Notes: generated by a model not told the origin, from the sequence alone. DNA of 64,000 nt from an uncultured Bifidobacterium sp. (GCA_964442045.1 CAYTWI010000007.1:1166-65165), one strand, 5' to 3'. Shown: positions 1 to 10,466, counted from the stretch's first letter. Numbers and translations are program-made.

Positions 1-1
1 A

Positions 2-919
2 GTAAGCAAAGGCGATGAAAAACAGATAGCTGCTTTAAAAGAGCAGGTAACAGGCGCTATGGAAGATTTGCCATACGAGCCATTAATAGTAAAAGCCGAT
101 AAACGTATTTTCGACAGTATTTTATTATACTACTACAATAATGTACCAAAAGACCAGCAAGCCCCTTTAATGGGTGAGATTATTGCAAAATACAATGCAG
201 GAAATCCGTCAGCAGCTATTAAAGCTTATACGGAAGATGTATTTGCCCAAAGTATTTTTGCCGATAAAAAAATGGTAGAAGCCTGGGTAGCTAATCCTCG
301 TTTAAGCATATTGCATAACGATATAGCTTACAAACATGTAAAAGCCTTTAAAGACCATTACATTAATAACTACAAACCAAAAGTAGATGCTTTTAACGAA
401 AGCAGCTTAGCTTTAGGCAGGTTGTATATTAAAGGGTTAATGGAAATGAACAAAAACCGTAAGTTTTATCCGGATGCTAACTCATCGTTGCGTTTAACTT
501 ACGGAACAGTGAGACCTTATGGTAAATTTCCTTTAATTACCAATTTAGATGAAGTAATAGCTAAAAACATAAAATATGCTAACCAACCGGAACAAGAGTT
601 TGCTATTCCTGAAAGATTAAAAGAACTGCACAAAGCCAAAGATTACGGTCGTTATGCTATGAAAGACGGTAAATTACCGGTTGCTTTTTTAACCGATAAC
701 GATATTACAGGTGGAAATAGCGGTAGTCCGGTAATTGATGGTGAAGGACAGATTATAGGTTTAGCATTTGACGGAAACTGGGAAGCTATGAGTGGAAACA
801 TTCACTTTGACCCGGCTAACAAACGTACTATCTGTGTTGACATTCGTTACGTATTGTGGTTAATCGACAAATTTGGCCAAGCACCGCATGTAGTAGCAGA
901 AATGAACATTGTTCAATAA
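2..919 (+). CDS. S46 family serine dipeptidyl-peptidase (DPP7/DPP11-like), C-terminal part; 5' end lies outside the window
   Basis: The frame is open from nt 2 (VSKGDEKQIAALKEQVTGAM...), so the Met listed at 59 is internal. It carries the catalytic-Ser motif DITGGNSGSPV and the AFDGNWE...DIRYVLW tail typical of peptidase S46. Confidence 0.8.
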   Translation, partial: VSKGDEKQIAALKEQVTGAMEDLPYEPLIVKADKRIFDSILLYYYNNVPKDQQAPLMGEIIAKYNAGNPSAAIKAYTEDVFAQSIFADKKMVEAWVANPRLSILHNDIAYKHVKAFKDHYINNYKPKVDAFNESSLALGRLYIKGLMEMNKNRKFYPDANSSLRLTYGTVRPYGKFPLITNLDEVIAKNIKYANQPEQEFAIPERLKELHKAKDYGRYAMKDGKLPVAFLTDNDITGGNSGSPVIDGEGQIIGLAFDGNWEAMSGNIHFDPANKRTICVDIRYVLWLIDKFGQAPHVVAEMNIVQ

Positions 920-937
920 ACAATTATTTAAACCCAA

Positions 938-1336
938 ATGAAAAAAGTATTTGCTATAGCATTGTTAAGTATAAGCCTCCTGGCTTGTAATAACAACCCT
1001 CGCGCAAAATTACCGGTAACAGGTAGTTTTGGACAACCCGTAGTGGCCGATACCGTTAAAACAGTGAGCGATGTATTAACCCTATTAGAAACAGGCAATA
1101 ATATACCCGTTAAAGTAAGCGGTACCATTGACAAATACTGCAAAGGCGAAGGCTGTTGGTTAACCCTTGAAAATAAAGGTAGCGAACCTTTGTTTGTAGA
1201 AGTGGAGAACAAAGCTTTTGTTTTACCTTTAAATATAGAAGGTAAAATAGCTACTGTACAAGGCAATGCTGTAAAAGAAACCAAAGATGGCAAAGAAGAA
1301 GTGAGGATTATAGCTTCGGGAATAACCATTCAATAG
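938..1336 (+). CDS. Small lipoprotein, DUF4920-like
   Basis: Lipoprotein signal MKKVFAIALLSISLLAC. The central KYCKGEGCWLTL motif resembles the GCWM motif I recall for DUF4920. Confidence 0.5.
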   Translation: MKKVFAIALLSISLLACNNNPRAKLPVTGSFGQPVVADTVKTVSDVLTLLETGNNIPVKVSGTIDKYCKGEGCWLTLENKGSEPLFVEVENKAFVLPLNIEGKIATVQGNAVKETKDGKEEVRIIASGITIQ

Positions 1337-1356
1337 TTATATTTTTATTAAAAAAA

Positions 1357-1390
1357 ATGCCCTATGCTGCAACGGCATAGGGCATTTTTT
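1357..1390 (+). terminator. Rho-independent terminator
   Basis: Perfect 11-bp stem ATGCCCTATGC / GCATAGGGCAT followed by a T-run, 20 nt after the stop of the 938..1336 gene. Confidence 0.8.
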
Positions 1391-1454
1391 ATGTCTAAGT
1401 GTCGAATGTTAGTTTAAAAATCATTATTTTACTACTTTCGCCTTTCTAAGAGGT

Positions 1455-3119
1455 ATGCTACAAAAGTTAAACATTAAAAATTACGCTATTATTAAACAGG
1501 TTGATATTGAGTTTCATAAAAACTTTAATATTATAACAGGTGAGACAGGTGCCGGTAAATCAATATTGATGGGCGCTTTAGGCTTAATTTTAGGCGACAG
1601 GGCAGATGCCAAATCTATTATGACCGATGAAGATAAGTGTGTTATAGAGGCACAGTATTTCATTAAATCATATAAGCTGAAACCTTATTTTAGTGCTAAC
1701 GAATTAGATTATGATGATGTATGCATAGTTAGACGCGAAATTACCAGCAATGGTAAATCAAGGGCATTTATAAACGATACCCCAGTAACTTTAAACCAGT
1801 TAAAAGATTTAGGCAACTTATTAATTGATATAGTTAGCCAGCACGAAACATTGGCTTTAAACGATAATGCATTTCAATTATCGGTAATTGATGCCATTGC
1901 CGATAACGAAGAAGTTTTAAACAACTATAAAAACAACTTTCAGCAATATAAAAAGGCTGAAAAATATTTGGCCGAATTGATGGAGCGCGAAGCCAAATCA
2001 AAACAGGATGAAGATTATTTCCAATTCATTTTAAACGAGCTGGTTGAAGCTAACTTACAGGAAAACGAACAACAGGAACTTGAATTACAACTCAATATAT
2101 TAAGCAATGCCGAGCAAATAAAAGAAGCTACTTATAACGCTTATGCCGGTTTAGATGTAGCAGAACAAAATATAATAGACCAGTTACGTGCTATTAAAAA
2201 CACCATTACACCTATTGCTAAGCACAATACACTCATAGTTGATCTGGCTCAAAGAGTAGAACAAAGTATAGTAGAGTTAAAAGATATTGCTGCTGAGTTG
2301 GATAGCATTTCAGAAAAAACAAATGCAGACCCGAAAGAACTGGAACGTGTAGAAGAAAGATTGCAGTTGTTATTTGCTTTACAAAAAAAACACCGCGTAG
2401 CAAACAATGCAGAATTACTGGCATTACAACAAAAGCTGGAGAATGATTTATTACAAATAGGCTCATTGCAGCAGGAAATTGAAGTAAAACAGACAGAATT
2501 AGCCTTACTCAAAAAGAGCTTGGCGGAAAGTGCACAAGCCATTAGTAACAGACGTGCCGGTGTTAAAACACAAGTAGAGCAAAAAGTAAAACAGTTATTA
2601 GCACAGGTAGCTATGCCCGATGCTTCATTGCAAATAAACCAAACCGTATTGGCTACCGAGCAAATGAACATAAACGGAATAGATAAAATAGAGTTTATGT
2701 TTTCTGCCAATAAAGGATCCGCATTTCAGCCTATTAGCAAAGTGGCTAGTGGGGGAGAGTTAAGCCGTTTAATGTTATGTATTAAATCATTAATCAGCGA
2801 AAAAGTAAGCTTACCTACTATCGTTTTTGATGAAATAGATACAGGTATTAGTGGAGAAGCAGCATTAAAAGTATCGCAGGTATTACAAAAGCATGCAAGC
2901 AGACACCAGATAATAGCTATTACTCATTTACCGCAAATTGCTGCCAAAGCCGATGCCCATTTTAATGTATACAAACAAAACATAGGCAATAAAACAGTAT
3001 CAAATATTAAATTGCTCAATAAAAGTGAACAAATTAACGAGATAGCCGTAATGCTGAGTGGTAACAATCCAACCGACCAGGTGGTATTGGCTGCCAAAGA
3101 ATTAATGATGAGTAACTAA
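1455..3119 (+). CDS. recN: DNA repair protein RecN
   Basis: N-terminal MLQKLNIKNYAIIKQVDIEF...ITGETGAGKSIL (Walker A), a long central coiled coil, and C-terminal SGGELSRLMLC signature plus VFDEIDTGISG Walker B. The length, 554 aa, fits. Confidence 0.9.
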   Translation: MLQKLNIKNYAIIKQVDIEFHKNFNIITGETGAGKSILMGALGLILGDRADAKSIMTDEDKCVIEAQYFIKSYKLKPYFSANELDYDDVCIVRREITSNGKSRAFINDTPVTLNQLKDLGNLLIDIVSQHETLALNDNAFQLSVIDAIADNEEVLNNYKNNFQQYKKAEKYLAELMEREAKSKQDEDYFQFILNELVEANLQENEQQELELQLNILSNAEQIKEATYNAYAGLDVAEQNIIDQLRAIKNTITPIAKHNTLIVDLAQRVEQSIVELKDIAAELDSISEKTNADPKELERVEERLQLLFALQKKHRVANNAELLALQQKLENDLLQIGSLQQEIEVKQTELALLKKSLAESAQAISNRRAGVKTQVEQKVKQLLAQVAMPDASLQINQTVLATEQMNINGIDKIEFMFSANKGSAFQPISKVASGGELSRLMLCIKSLISEKVSLPTIVFDEIDTGISGEAALKVSQVLQKHASRHQIIAITHLPQIAAKADAHFNVYKQNIGNKTVSNIKLLNKSEQINEIAVMLSGNNPTDQVVLAAKELMMSN

Positions 3120-3124
3120 TAAGC

Positions 3125-4354
3125 ATGAGAGCCCTTTTTAATAAATATAACCAATCCATAATGCTGTTTTTTTTATGGCTTTGGACCGTTGGTTTATTTA
3201 CTGTAGATAAATTCAGAGTGCTTTCCAGTATATCCATGATTGGGTTTTCTGCTATAGGTTTGTTATCTGCACCACCCAAATTCTGGTTTAAAAACTATTA
3301 CAACAACAAATCATTTTTTGCTTTAGGCATTAGCTTTTTCATACTTTTTCCATCGTATTTATATTCCACCAATACCGATTACCTGTGTAAAAAAGTATTG
3401 TTACTCCTGCCTTATTTTGTATTGCCCTTTACCTATGTTCAAATAAAACCATTCAATAAAGACCATATACAAATTATTATCAATACCTTTTGTATAGGCG
3501 TAATTATAACAGCCGTACAAGCATTAATATATTATTATCACAATGCCAGCGAGGTTAATCAGGCTTATTTAGAAAGCAGAGTAATGCCAACGGCAGTAGC
3601 ACATCATCCCACATTCAGTTTAATGTGTGCTTTAGCTATCTATTTTTTATACTACAATTTTAAAAATGCCGACATATTAAGATACCAAATTATCAATGCA
3701 ATAGGAGCCGTTTTATTAGTCGTATTTATTCATATATTTTCTGTGAGAGCAGGCTTGCTTGCTTTTTACCTGCTTATGCTCTTAGCTATTTACGAGCAGG
3801 TAATCATTCACAAAAAGATAAAAATGGTAGTGGCTATGGTAGTGGTATGTTTAACTGTAGCCGGTTTAACATTTGCCTTTTCACCAACTATTCGTAATAA
3901 AATAGCTAATACACAAAACGACATAGACAATTACCATAGTGGTAAAAGTGTAAACAACCAATCATTAGGAAGCCGGATTATTTCTTACAAAAACGCAATT
4001 GAAATAGCTTCCAATACTTCCGTATTATTCGGTTGCGGTTTAGGCGATATTGAAGACCTCAACAACCAGTTGTTTGCTACTAAATATCCGGAAGTAAGTA
4101 AAAGAATTATACCTCATAATCAGTTCCTGTTTTATTATGCAGCCATTGGTTTAATAGGCGTATTAGTATTTATACTTGCCTTTTATTTTCCCTTGTATAA
4201 AAACTTCAGCAATCTTCACCTGGTAGCACAATACATAGTTATTACCGTAGCTTTTTTAATTGAAGCCTTCTTAACCACCCAGTTAGGTGTATCATTTTCA
4301 CTGTTATTCCTGCTGTTGTTTATTAATAACAAGCAGGCAAAACAGCCTTGCTAA
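3125..4354 (+). CDS. O-antigen ligase (Wzy_C)-like polytopic membrane protein
   Basis: About 10 hydrophobic helices. The SVRAGLLAFYLLML segment and a periplasmic-loop region followed by GCGLGD resemble O-antigen ligase family proteins. Confidence 0.55.
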   Translation: MRALFNKYNQSIMLFFLWLWTVGLFTVDKFRVLSSISMIGFSAIGLLSAPPKFWFKNYYNNKSFFALGISFFILFPSYLYSTNTDYLCKKVLLLLPYFVLPFTYVQIKPFNKDHIQIIINTFCIGVIITAVQALIYYYHNASEVNQAYLESRVMPTAVAHHPTFSLMCALAIYFLYYNFKNADILRYQIINAIGAVLLVVFIHIFSVRAGLLAFYLLMLLAIYEQVIIHKKIKMVVAMVVVCLTVAGLTFAFSPTIRNKIANTQNDIDNYHSGKSVNNQSLGSRIISYKNAIEIASNTSVLFGCGLGDIEDLNNQLFATKYPEVSKRIIPHNQFLFYYAAIGLIGVLVFILAFYFPLYKNFSNLHLVAQYIVITVAFLIEAFLTTQLGVSFSLLFLLLFINNKQAKQPC

Positions 4355-5676
4355 TTGCTTCGGTTAATATAAGCCATTAAATCGCCACTTATTCTCATCA
4401 ATTCTACTTCAGCCAGTTTCGCATCGTAAGTAGCACTTAAGTAACGGTTATTACTTAACAATAAATTTTGTTGTGCATCCCTTAGTTCCAATGAAGTAAT
4501 GGTTCCTACTTTATATTGTTCATCAGTAATGTTAAAGTTTTGCGTTACAATAGATACATTTTCTTTTTCAAATTGTACTAACTGATTATTCAACGTATAA
4601 GTATTATACGATTGCTGTAAGTTGTTTTGCAGTTTTGCTAGCGAATCCTTATAAATCAGCTCACTTGATTTTAAAGTAATCTTGGCATTCTGTAAACGCC
4701 TGTCTACATCAAAACCATTAAACAAATTAATATTCAATGCTGCTCCATAATGATAACCCAGGTTTTGCGATGATTGCAAAAAGCCCGCCTCCGATGTTTG
4801 CTTGCTGTAATTATAGCCACTTCTTAGTTGTATGGTAGGCATACGCTCCGCATTTATTTCCTGTATAGCCAGTTCATTTACGTGTTGGTTTCTTTTCGCT
4901 ACCAATACATCGGCATTTTGTGCCATTACTTTTGTATTTAAATCATTTAGCTTTAATTCAGTATTCAAGGCAATCGAATCAGGTACATCAAAATCAGTAT
5001 TAATATCCCTTGCCAATAATTGGTTTAGCTGGTTTTTACTGTTCTTGAATTTTATTTCCTGCTTCATCAGGTTCGATTTATCAGTATTCAAATCAACTTT
5101 TGCTTTCAATACCTCGTTAAGTGAAGCCTTACCGGCATCATATTTATCTTGTGCCAGTTGAACCCTTTTTTCCGATATAGTTAAAGCACTTTTATTTACG
5201 TTCGTTTGTTGCTTAGCCAGCACCACATCATAATATGCTCTAATTACTTTGGTGAAATTTTGTTCAATTTGCGAACGCATTCTTAGCTCACCTATGTTTT
5301 GTAATTCGTTTAACCTGCTTTTAGTGGCAAACATTTTTAAACCATCAAAAATAGTCCAGCCTAACTCAACATTGGCATTTAACTGGCTGCTTTTAGCACC
5401 ATCCTTATTGTTTTCAGTACCATTTAAAAACTGCTGTTTGGTATTCACTACCTGGTTATCCTGAAGAGCAGTTCCTGCTACATTGGGTAACATACCGGCT
5501 GCACCCATACGGTTATTGTTTTTGCTTAATTCAGCTTCGTTTTTAGCTAACTGAATAGCATAGTTATTGTTTAATGCAATAGTTAAAACATCGCTTAAAT
5601 TTAATACCTGTTGTGCGTTGCTTATATAAGCATTGCCAATAAAATAAATGAGAAATAATGCTATATACTTATTCAT
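4351..5676 (-). CDS. TolC-family outer membrane efflux protein
   Basis: Signal peptide, then two internally repeated halves rich in coiled alpha-helix and beta segments (LSLxDxxxxALxNN start typical of OEP). It is the last gene of the MarR-MFP-RND-OMP operon. Confidence 0.85.
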   Translation of the reverse strand: MNKYIALFLIYFIGNAYISNAQQVLNLSDVLTIALNNNYAIQLAKNEAELSKNNNRMGAAGMLPNVAGTALQDNQVVNTKQQFLNGTENNKDGAKSSQLNANVELGWTIFDGLKMFATKSRLNELQNIGELRMRSQIEQNFTKVIRAYYDVVLAKQQTNVNKSALTISEKRVQLAQDKYDAGKASLNEVLKAKVDLNTDKSNLMKQEIKFKNSKNQLNQLLARDINTDFDVPDSIALNTELKLNDLNTKVMAQNADVLVAKRNQHVNELAIQEINAERMPTIQLRSGYNYSKQTSEAGFLQSSQNLGYHYGAALNINLFNGFDVDRRLQNAKITLKSSELIYKDSLAKLQNNLQQSYNTYTLNNQLVQFEKENVSIVTQNFNITDEQYKVGTITSLELRDAQQNLLLSNNRYLSATYDAKLAEVELMRISGDLMAYINRSN

Positions 5677-8600
5677 GATTCGATTCTTCTTTTAATTCGT
5701 TAGGGGTTTCTTTTTGCTCTTTCGACATAAAGCTATAAATAGCCGGTATTACATAAAGCGTTAAAAAACCACTAAACAATAATCCTCCAATAATTACAAT
5801 ACCCATTGAAACCCTGCTTTTAGCTCCCGCACCTAATGCCAAAGCAATAGGCAAGGCACCTAAAATAGTAGCTAAGCTGGTCATCATAATAGGTCTTAAC
5901 CTTGAAACAGCAGAGTCAATAGCTGAGTCAAACACTTTTTTACCCAAATGTTTTTGTTGATTAGCAAACTCAACAATTAATATCCCGTTTTTAGTTACTA
6001 AACCTATCAATACAATAATACCTATTTGACCAAAAATGTTTAAGGTTTGGTTAAAATACCAAAGTGATATTAAGGCACCTGCCAATGCCATTGGAACAGT
6101 AAGCATAATAATTAAAGGGTCAACAAAACTTTCAAACTGGGCTGCCAAAACCAAATAAACCAATACCAATGCCAGCACCAATGCAAACGTAGTATTTGAT
6201 GAACTTTCAGAAAAGTCACGCGAAGGTCCGGTTAATGCAGTGGTGAATGATTCATCCAAAACTTTTTTTGCTATTTTATCCATTTCCTTAATACCATCGC
6301 CAATAGTTTTACCAGGTGCCAAACCTGCCTGCACAGTAGCAGCTTTGTAGCGGTTATAATGGTATAGTTGAGGCGGACTGCTACGTTCCTCTACTTTTAA
6401 CAAATTATCCAATTGCACTATTTGTCCTTTGTCGTTCCTCACAAATAAAGATTTTAAATCAAGCGGTTCATCCCGATTACCTCTGTCCACTTGCCCGACT
6501 ACCTGGTATTGTTTGCCATTCATGGTAAAATAGCCGTAACGTAAACCACTATATGAAAGTTGTAACGTTTGAGCCACACTTTGAATACTTACACCTAAAC
6601 TTTTAGCTTTATCCCTGTCAATAGTTACCACCAGTTCTGGTTTGTTAAACTTTAAGTTTACATCAATACCCTGGAAAGTTTTATTGTTGTTTACCTCTTC
6701 CATAAACTTAGGTAAAAAGGTTTGTATCTTTTCAAAGCTTTGGTTTTGCAAAATATATTGCACCGGAAGCCCGGCTCTTGAGCCTCCTGAACCATTAATG
6801 GTTTGATCCTGTATTACAAAAGTTTTAGCATCAGGATATGCTTTCAGATTTTGAGTAATGTAATCGGCTATTTCCTGTTGCGTTCTTTTTCTGGTATCTG
6901 GTGCTCCTAGTAAAATACGGGTAAAACCTGTATTTACAGCACCACTTCCAATAAAACCCGGAGCCGTAACTGATAACATAACCCTTTTCTCTTCCACAGA
7001 GTCCATAACCATTTGTCCTATTTTATCCTGAAAGTCTTCCATGAATTCATACGAAGCACCTTCAGGAGCAGTACTGCTAATACGCATCACACTTCTGTCG
7101 TCCAATGGCGATAACTCAGAAGGTAAACTACTTCCAATCACAATAATCAATGCAAACGAAGCCAGTACTATTACCCAGGCCAACCATCTTTTGCGCATAA
7201 AACTAGTTAACGATTTTCTATAAGCTTCGTTTAACCATTCAAAAAATGGCTCTGTAGCATGGTAAAATTTACTTCTCTTTTTAGCATCTTTTCTGGTTAA
7301 CACCACATTTAACATAGGTGTTAGCGTTAGTGATACAAATGCAGAAATCAATACAGCACCTGCTACTACTACACCAAACTCCCTGAATAAACGGCCAACA
7401 AATCCTTGTAAGAAAATAATAGGTAAGAATACAACAGCAAGTGTAATGGAGGTAGATACAACAGCAAAGAAAATTTCATTAGAACCTTTAATAGCAGCTT
7501 CGCGGGGTGATAAGCCTTCTTCTATTTTTTTAAAAATATTTTCAGTTACCACAATCCCGTCATCAACTACCAATCCGGTTGCCAGTACTATAGCCAATAA
7601 AGTTAATATGTTAACAGAGAAACCTGCCAGATACATAATAAAGAAAGCACCTATCAGCGATACAGGTATATCAATTAAAGGCCTGAAAGCAATCAGCCAA
7701 TCCCTGAAAAACAAGAAAATAATAAACACTACCAATATAAAAGCTATTAATAAAGTTTCTTTTACTTCTGTAATCGAAGTTTTTATAAAACCAGTATTAT
7801 CAATGGCTACATCCAGTTTAAAGTCTTTGGGAACCTCCTTTTTTATTTGCTCATAACGTTTATAAAACTCATCCGCTATTTCAATATAATTAGCACCCGG
7901 TTGAGGTACAATACCAAGCCCAATCATAGGAACACCCGATTCTTTTAAAATAGTTTCTTCATTTTCAGCGCCAATAACAGCATTGCCAATATCCTTTAGT
8001 TTAATGGTTTGGTTGTTATCCGACTTAATAATAAGGTTGTTAAATTCATCTTCAGTAGTAAATCGTCCTACTGTTTTTACCGTTAATTCTGTATTGTTTC
8101 CTTCAATTTTTCCGCCCGGTAATTCAACGTTTTCTTTATCCAATGCATTTTTTATATCCAATGGGGTTAATCCGAATGAGGCCATTTTAATAGGGTCCAA
8201 CCAAATACGCATAGCATATTTCTTTTGTCCCCATATTTGAATGGTACTTACACCGGGAATAGTTTGTAATTTTTCCAATAATACATTTTCAGCGTAATCA
8301 CTTACCATTAACTGGTTTTTAGTATCACTCTGAACGGTTAATGAAATAATAGCATCAGAGTTAGCATCAGCTTTACTTACTACCGGTGGGGCATCAATAT
8401 CTTGTGGTAACTGACGCACCGCTTGCGAAACTTTGTCGCGTACGTCATTGGCCGCACTTTCTAAATCAGCATCTAAATTAAACTCAACCGTAATATTGCT
8501 TGTTCCTAAATTACTGGCCGATGAAATAGAACGGATACCCGCAATACCATTAATGGCTTTTTCCAAGGGTTCTGTTATCTGCGATTCTATAATATCAGCA

Positions 8601-8764
8601 TTAGCACCCGTATAACTGGTTCTTACGGTAATAACTGGCGGGTCTATGGATGGGTATTCTCTCACACCTAAATAGGTGTAACCAATAATGCCAAATAAAA
8701 CAATAATGATTGACATTACTGTGGCTAATACGGGTCTGTTTATACTTATTGAACTTAAACTCAT
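5669..8764 (-). CDS. RND efflux pump inner-membrane permease (AcrB/HAE1-like)
   Basis: 1031 aa. Starts SINRPVLATVMSIIIVLFGI, has 12 TM segments in a 1+large loop+5 duplicated layout, and carries the VVDDGIVVTENI motif. Confidence 0.9.
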   Translation of the reverse strand: MSLSSISINRPVLATVMSIIIVLFGIIGYTYLGVREYPSIDPPVITVRTSYTGANADIIESQITEPLEKAINGIAGIRSISSASNLGTSNITVEFNLDADLESAANDVRDKVSQAVRQLPQDIDAPPVVSKADANSDAIISLTVQSDTKNQLMVSDYAENVLLEKLQTIPGVSTIQIWGQKKYAMRIWLDPIKMASFGLTPLDIKNALDKENVELPGGKIEGNNTELTVKTVGRFTTEDEFNNLIIKSDNNQTIKLKDIGNAVIGAENEETILKESGVPMIGLGIVPQPGANYIEIADEFYKRYEQIKKEVPKDFKLDVAIDNTGFIKTSITEVKETLLIAFILVVFIIFLFFRDWLIAFRPLIDIPVSLIGAFFIMYLAGFSVNILTLLAIVLATGLVVDDGIVVTENIFKKIEEGLSPREAAIKGSNEIFFAVVSTSITLAVVFLPIIFLQGFVGRLFREFGVVVAGAVLISAFVSLTLTPMLNVVLTRKDAKKRSKFYHATEPFFEWLNEAYRKSLTSFMRKRWLAWVIVLASFALIIVIGSSLPSELSPLDDRSVMRISSTAPEGASYEFMEDFQDKIGQMVMDSVEEKRVMLSVTAPGFIGSGAVNTGFTRILLGAPDTRKRTQQEIADYITQNLKAYPDAKTFVIQDQTINGSGGSRAGLPVQYILQNQSFEKIQTFLPKFMEEVNNNKTFQGIDVNLKFNKPELVVTIDRDKAKSLGVSIQSVAQTLQLSYSGLRYGYFTMNGKQYQVVGQVDRGNRDEPLDLKSLFVRNDKGQIVQLDNLLKVEERSSPPQLYHYNRYKAATVQAGLAPGKTIGDGIKEMDKIAKKVLDESFTTALTGPSRDFSESSSNTTFALVLALVLVYLVLAAQFESFVDPLIIMLTVPMALAGALISLWYFNQTLNIFGQIGIIVLIGLVTKNGILIVEFANQQKHLGKKVFDSAIDSAVSRLRPIMMTSLATILGALPIALALGAGAKSRVSMGIVIIGGLLFSGFLTLYVIPAIYSFMSKEQKETPNELKEESNHE

Positions 8765-8782
8765 TTTTGTGTGGTGTAAATT

Positions 8783-9844
8783 TTATGGTTTGGTAACTTT
8801 TACTTTGACTCCTTTTTTCATTTGTATTACGCCTTGTACTATTACACTGTCGTTTTCATTTAATCCGTCAATTACCTCCACCGTTAAATCATTCCTGTTA
8901 CCAATAGTTACTTGTTTTTCAATAGCAGAGTCTCCTTGTACTAAAAACACTTTCTGTCCTTTTAAAATAGGAACAATAGCTTGTGTTGGAATCAATAACG
9001 CATCAGGATTACTATCCAATGTAATGTTTACTTTGGCAAAGGCGCCCGGTAATAATTTTTTATTTGGGTTGTTGCATATAGCCCGGGCAATTACATTCCT
9101 GTTAACGGGGTCTATCTTAGGGTCAATAGCATATATTTTTGCTGTAAATACTTCTTTTTGCCCTTCTACAGTAAAGTTAATGAGCATACCGCTTCTTATT
9201 TTAGAAGTATACTTTTCAGGAATGGCAAATTCTATCTTAACCTGGTCAATATTTTGTAAGCGACTTATAGCAACTGTATTATTAATAAAACTACCTTCAC
9301 TTATATTTCTCAATCCTATTAATCCATTGAAAGGAGCTATTATTTCAGTACGTCTTATTTGTTCTTTCAATAAATCAATATCAGCATTAATACTGTTTAA
9401 GTCAGTTAGCGACAGGTCGTAAGTTTCAGCGCTTATAGCTCCTTTATTTAAAAGTTGTTTATTACGTTTTTCAGTTTCATCTTTCAGTTTTTTAGTTGAT
9501 AAAGCCTTTTTTAACTGAGCCTGTAAGTCGGCATCGTTAATTTTTACCAACCATTGTCCTTTGTGTACTTGTTGCCCTTCGTTAAAGTTTATTTTCACTA
9601 CTTTACCTTGTGTTTCACTTTTTAAATCAACTTCTTCATTGGCTAAAATATTTCCAACGGTTTGAATACTATTGTTTAAAACGCTTTTCTTCACAACATA
9701 AACACCAACACTTACAGGAGCAGGAGAGCCTTTCTTTTTACCATTATTAGCCGATTGTGATTTGTTTGATGATATTTTAAACAGAGTCAATAAAGCAATG
9801 ATTGCAATAATTACTATGGTCCAGATTATTTGTTTTTTATTCAT
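8783..9844 (-). CDS. RND efflux periplasmic adaptor (membrane fusion protein)
   Basis: N-terminal TM anchor, a lipoyl/hairpin/beta-barrel layout (VKINFNEGQQVHKGQWLVKIND ... IIAPFNGLIG), and a position directly upstream of the RND permease. Confidence 0.85.
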   Translation of the reverse strand: MNKKQIIWTIVIIAIIALLTLFKISSNKSQSANNGKKKGSPAPVSVGVYVVKKSVLNNSIQTVGNILANEEVDLKSETQGKVVKINFNEGQQVHKGQWLVKINDADLQAQLKKALSTKKLKDETEKRNKQLLNKGAISAETYDLSLTDLNSINADIDLLKEQIRRTEIIAPFNGLIGLRNISEGSFINNTVAISRLQNIDQVKIEFAIPEKYTSKIRSGMLINFTVEGQKEVFTAKIYAIDPKIDPVNRNVIARAICNNPNKKLLPGAFAKVNITLDSNPDALLIPTQAIVPILKGQKVFLVQGDSAIEKQVTIGNRNDLTVEVIDGLNENDSVIVQGVIQMKKGVKVKVTKP

Positions 9845-9849
9845 ATCTT

Positions 9850-10362
9850 TTATTTTCTTTTTTCAATCTTTAATTCGTATTTGTTAGCAGGAAGTTTACC
9901 AAGGTTATCCAGCATTCTATTGGTAAGGTCGTAAAACAAGGTTTTTTCTTTTTCAGTAAAGCCATTGAATGCAGCTTTATTGATATCAATAAATACCTGG
10001 TTAATTTTCGGAGCAAATTTCAGGGTTTTTTTAGTAGCCACAATTCTGTGTTCACGCCTGTCTTTTGGATTTATTTCTCTTTTAACAAGGCCTTTTTCCG
10101 ACAGGTAATCAATAACACGTACTATCATTGCTTTGTCAATACCAAAGTATTTGGCTAAACATTGCTGGGTCATATTTTCATTTTTACTAACCAGACTCAG
10201 TAAAAGAAAGTACTTATCTAGGTTAATTTCTTCAAACTGTTTGGAGGCTGCTCCATAATAGGTTTTAGCCAATGTTTTAAATCCAAAGTAAAGAGGAGTT
10301 TCTTCATCGGCAAAAGGAGCCAGCGGTAATTCTCGTGTTGTTTTCATAATTGAAGGGCACAA
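9850..10362 (-). CDS. MarR family transcriptional regulator
   Basis: Winged-HTH segment NENMTQQCLAKYFGIDKAMIVRVIDYLSEKGLVKREINPKDRREHRI. It is the first gene of the efflux operon. Confidence 0.85.
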   Translation of the reverse strand: MCPSIMKTTRELPLAPFADEETPLYFGFKTLAKTYYGAASKQFEEINLDKYFLLLSLVSKNENMTQQCLAKYFGIDKAMIVRVIDYLSEKGLVKREINPKDRREHRIVATKKTLKFAPKINQVFIDINKAAFNGFTEKEKTLFYDLTNRMLDNLGKLPANKYELKIEKRK

Positions 10363-10381
10363 ATATAGTTGTTTTTGTCAA

Positions 10382-10400
10382 TAGTTGATTTAATCAACTA
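10382..10400. promoter_or_regulatory. Perfect 19-bp palindrome, candidate MarR operator
   Basis: TAGTTGATT-T-AATCAACTA lies 20 nt upstream of the marR start codon. An extra ATAGTTG half-site copy sits at 10365..10371. Confidence 0.55.
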
Positions 10401-10466
10401 ATTTTTACAAAACAGTGAATATTTAAATTATTTTAACAATTATCTTTTATTCAAATAATTTATGTA

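Noticed and set aside
928-1329. 133-aa ORF antisense to the DUF4920-like lipoprotein gene, together with similar antisense ORFs (2249..2710, 4832..5161, 7446..7856, 8688..9422, 12179..12800, 27192..27587, 36666..36965, 48121..48423, 56596..56796, 60765..61346).
   Set aside because: Each lies entirely inside a strongly supported gene on the opposite strand. Their translations are low-complexity (Leu/Ser/Phe/Ile-rich) with no recognisable motif. Long antisense frames are expected by chance in AT-rich coding DNA.
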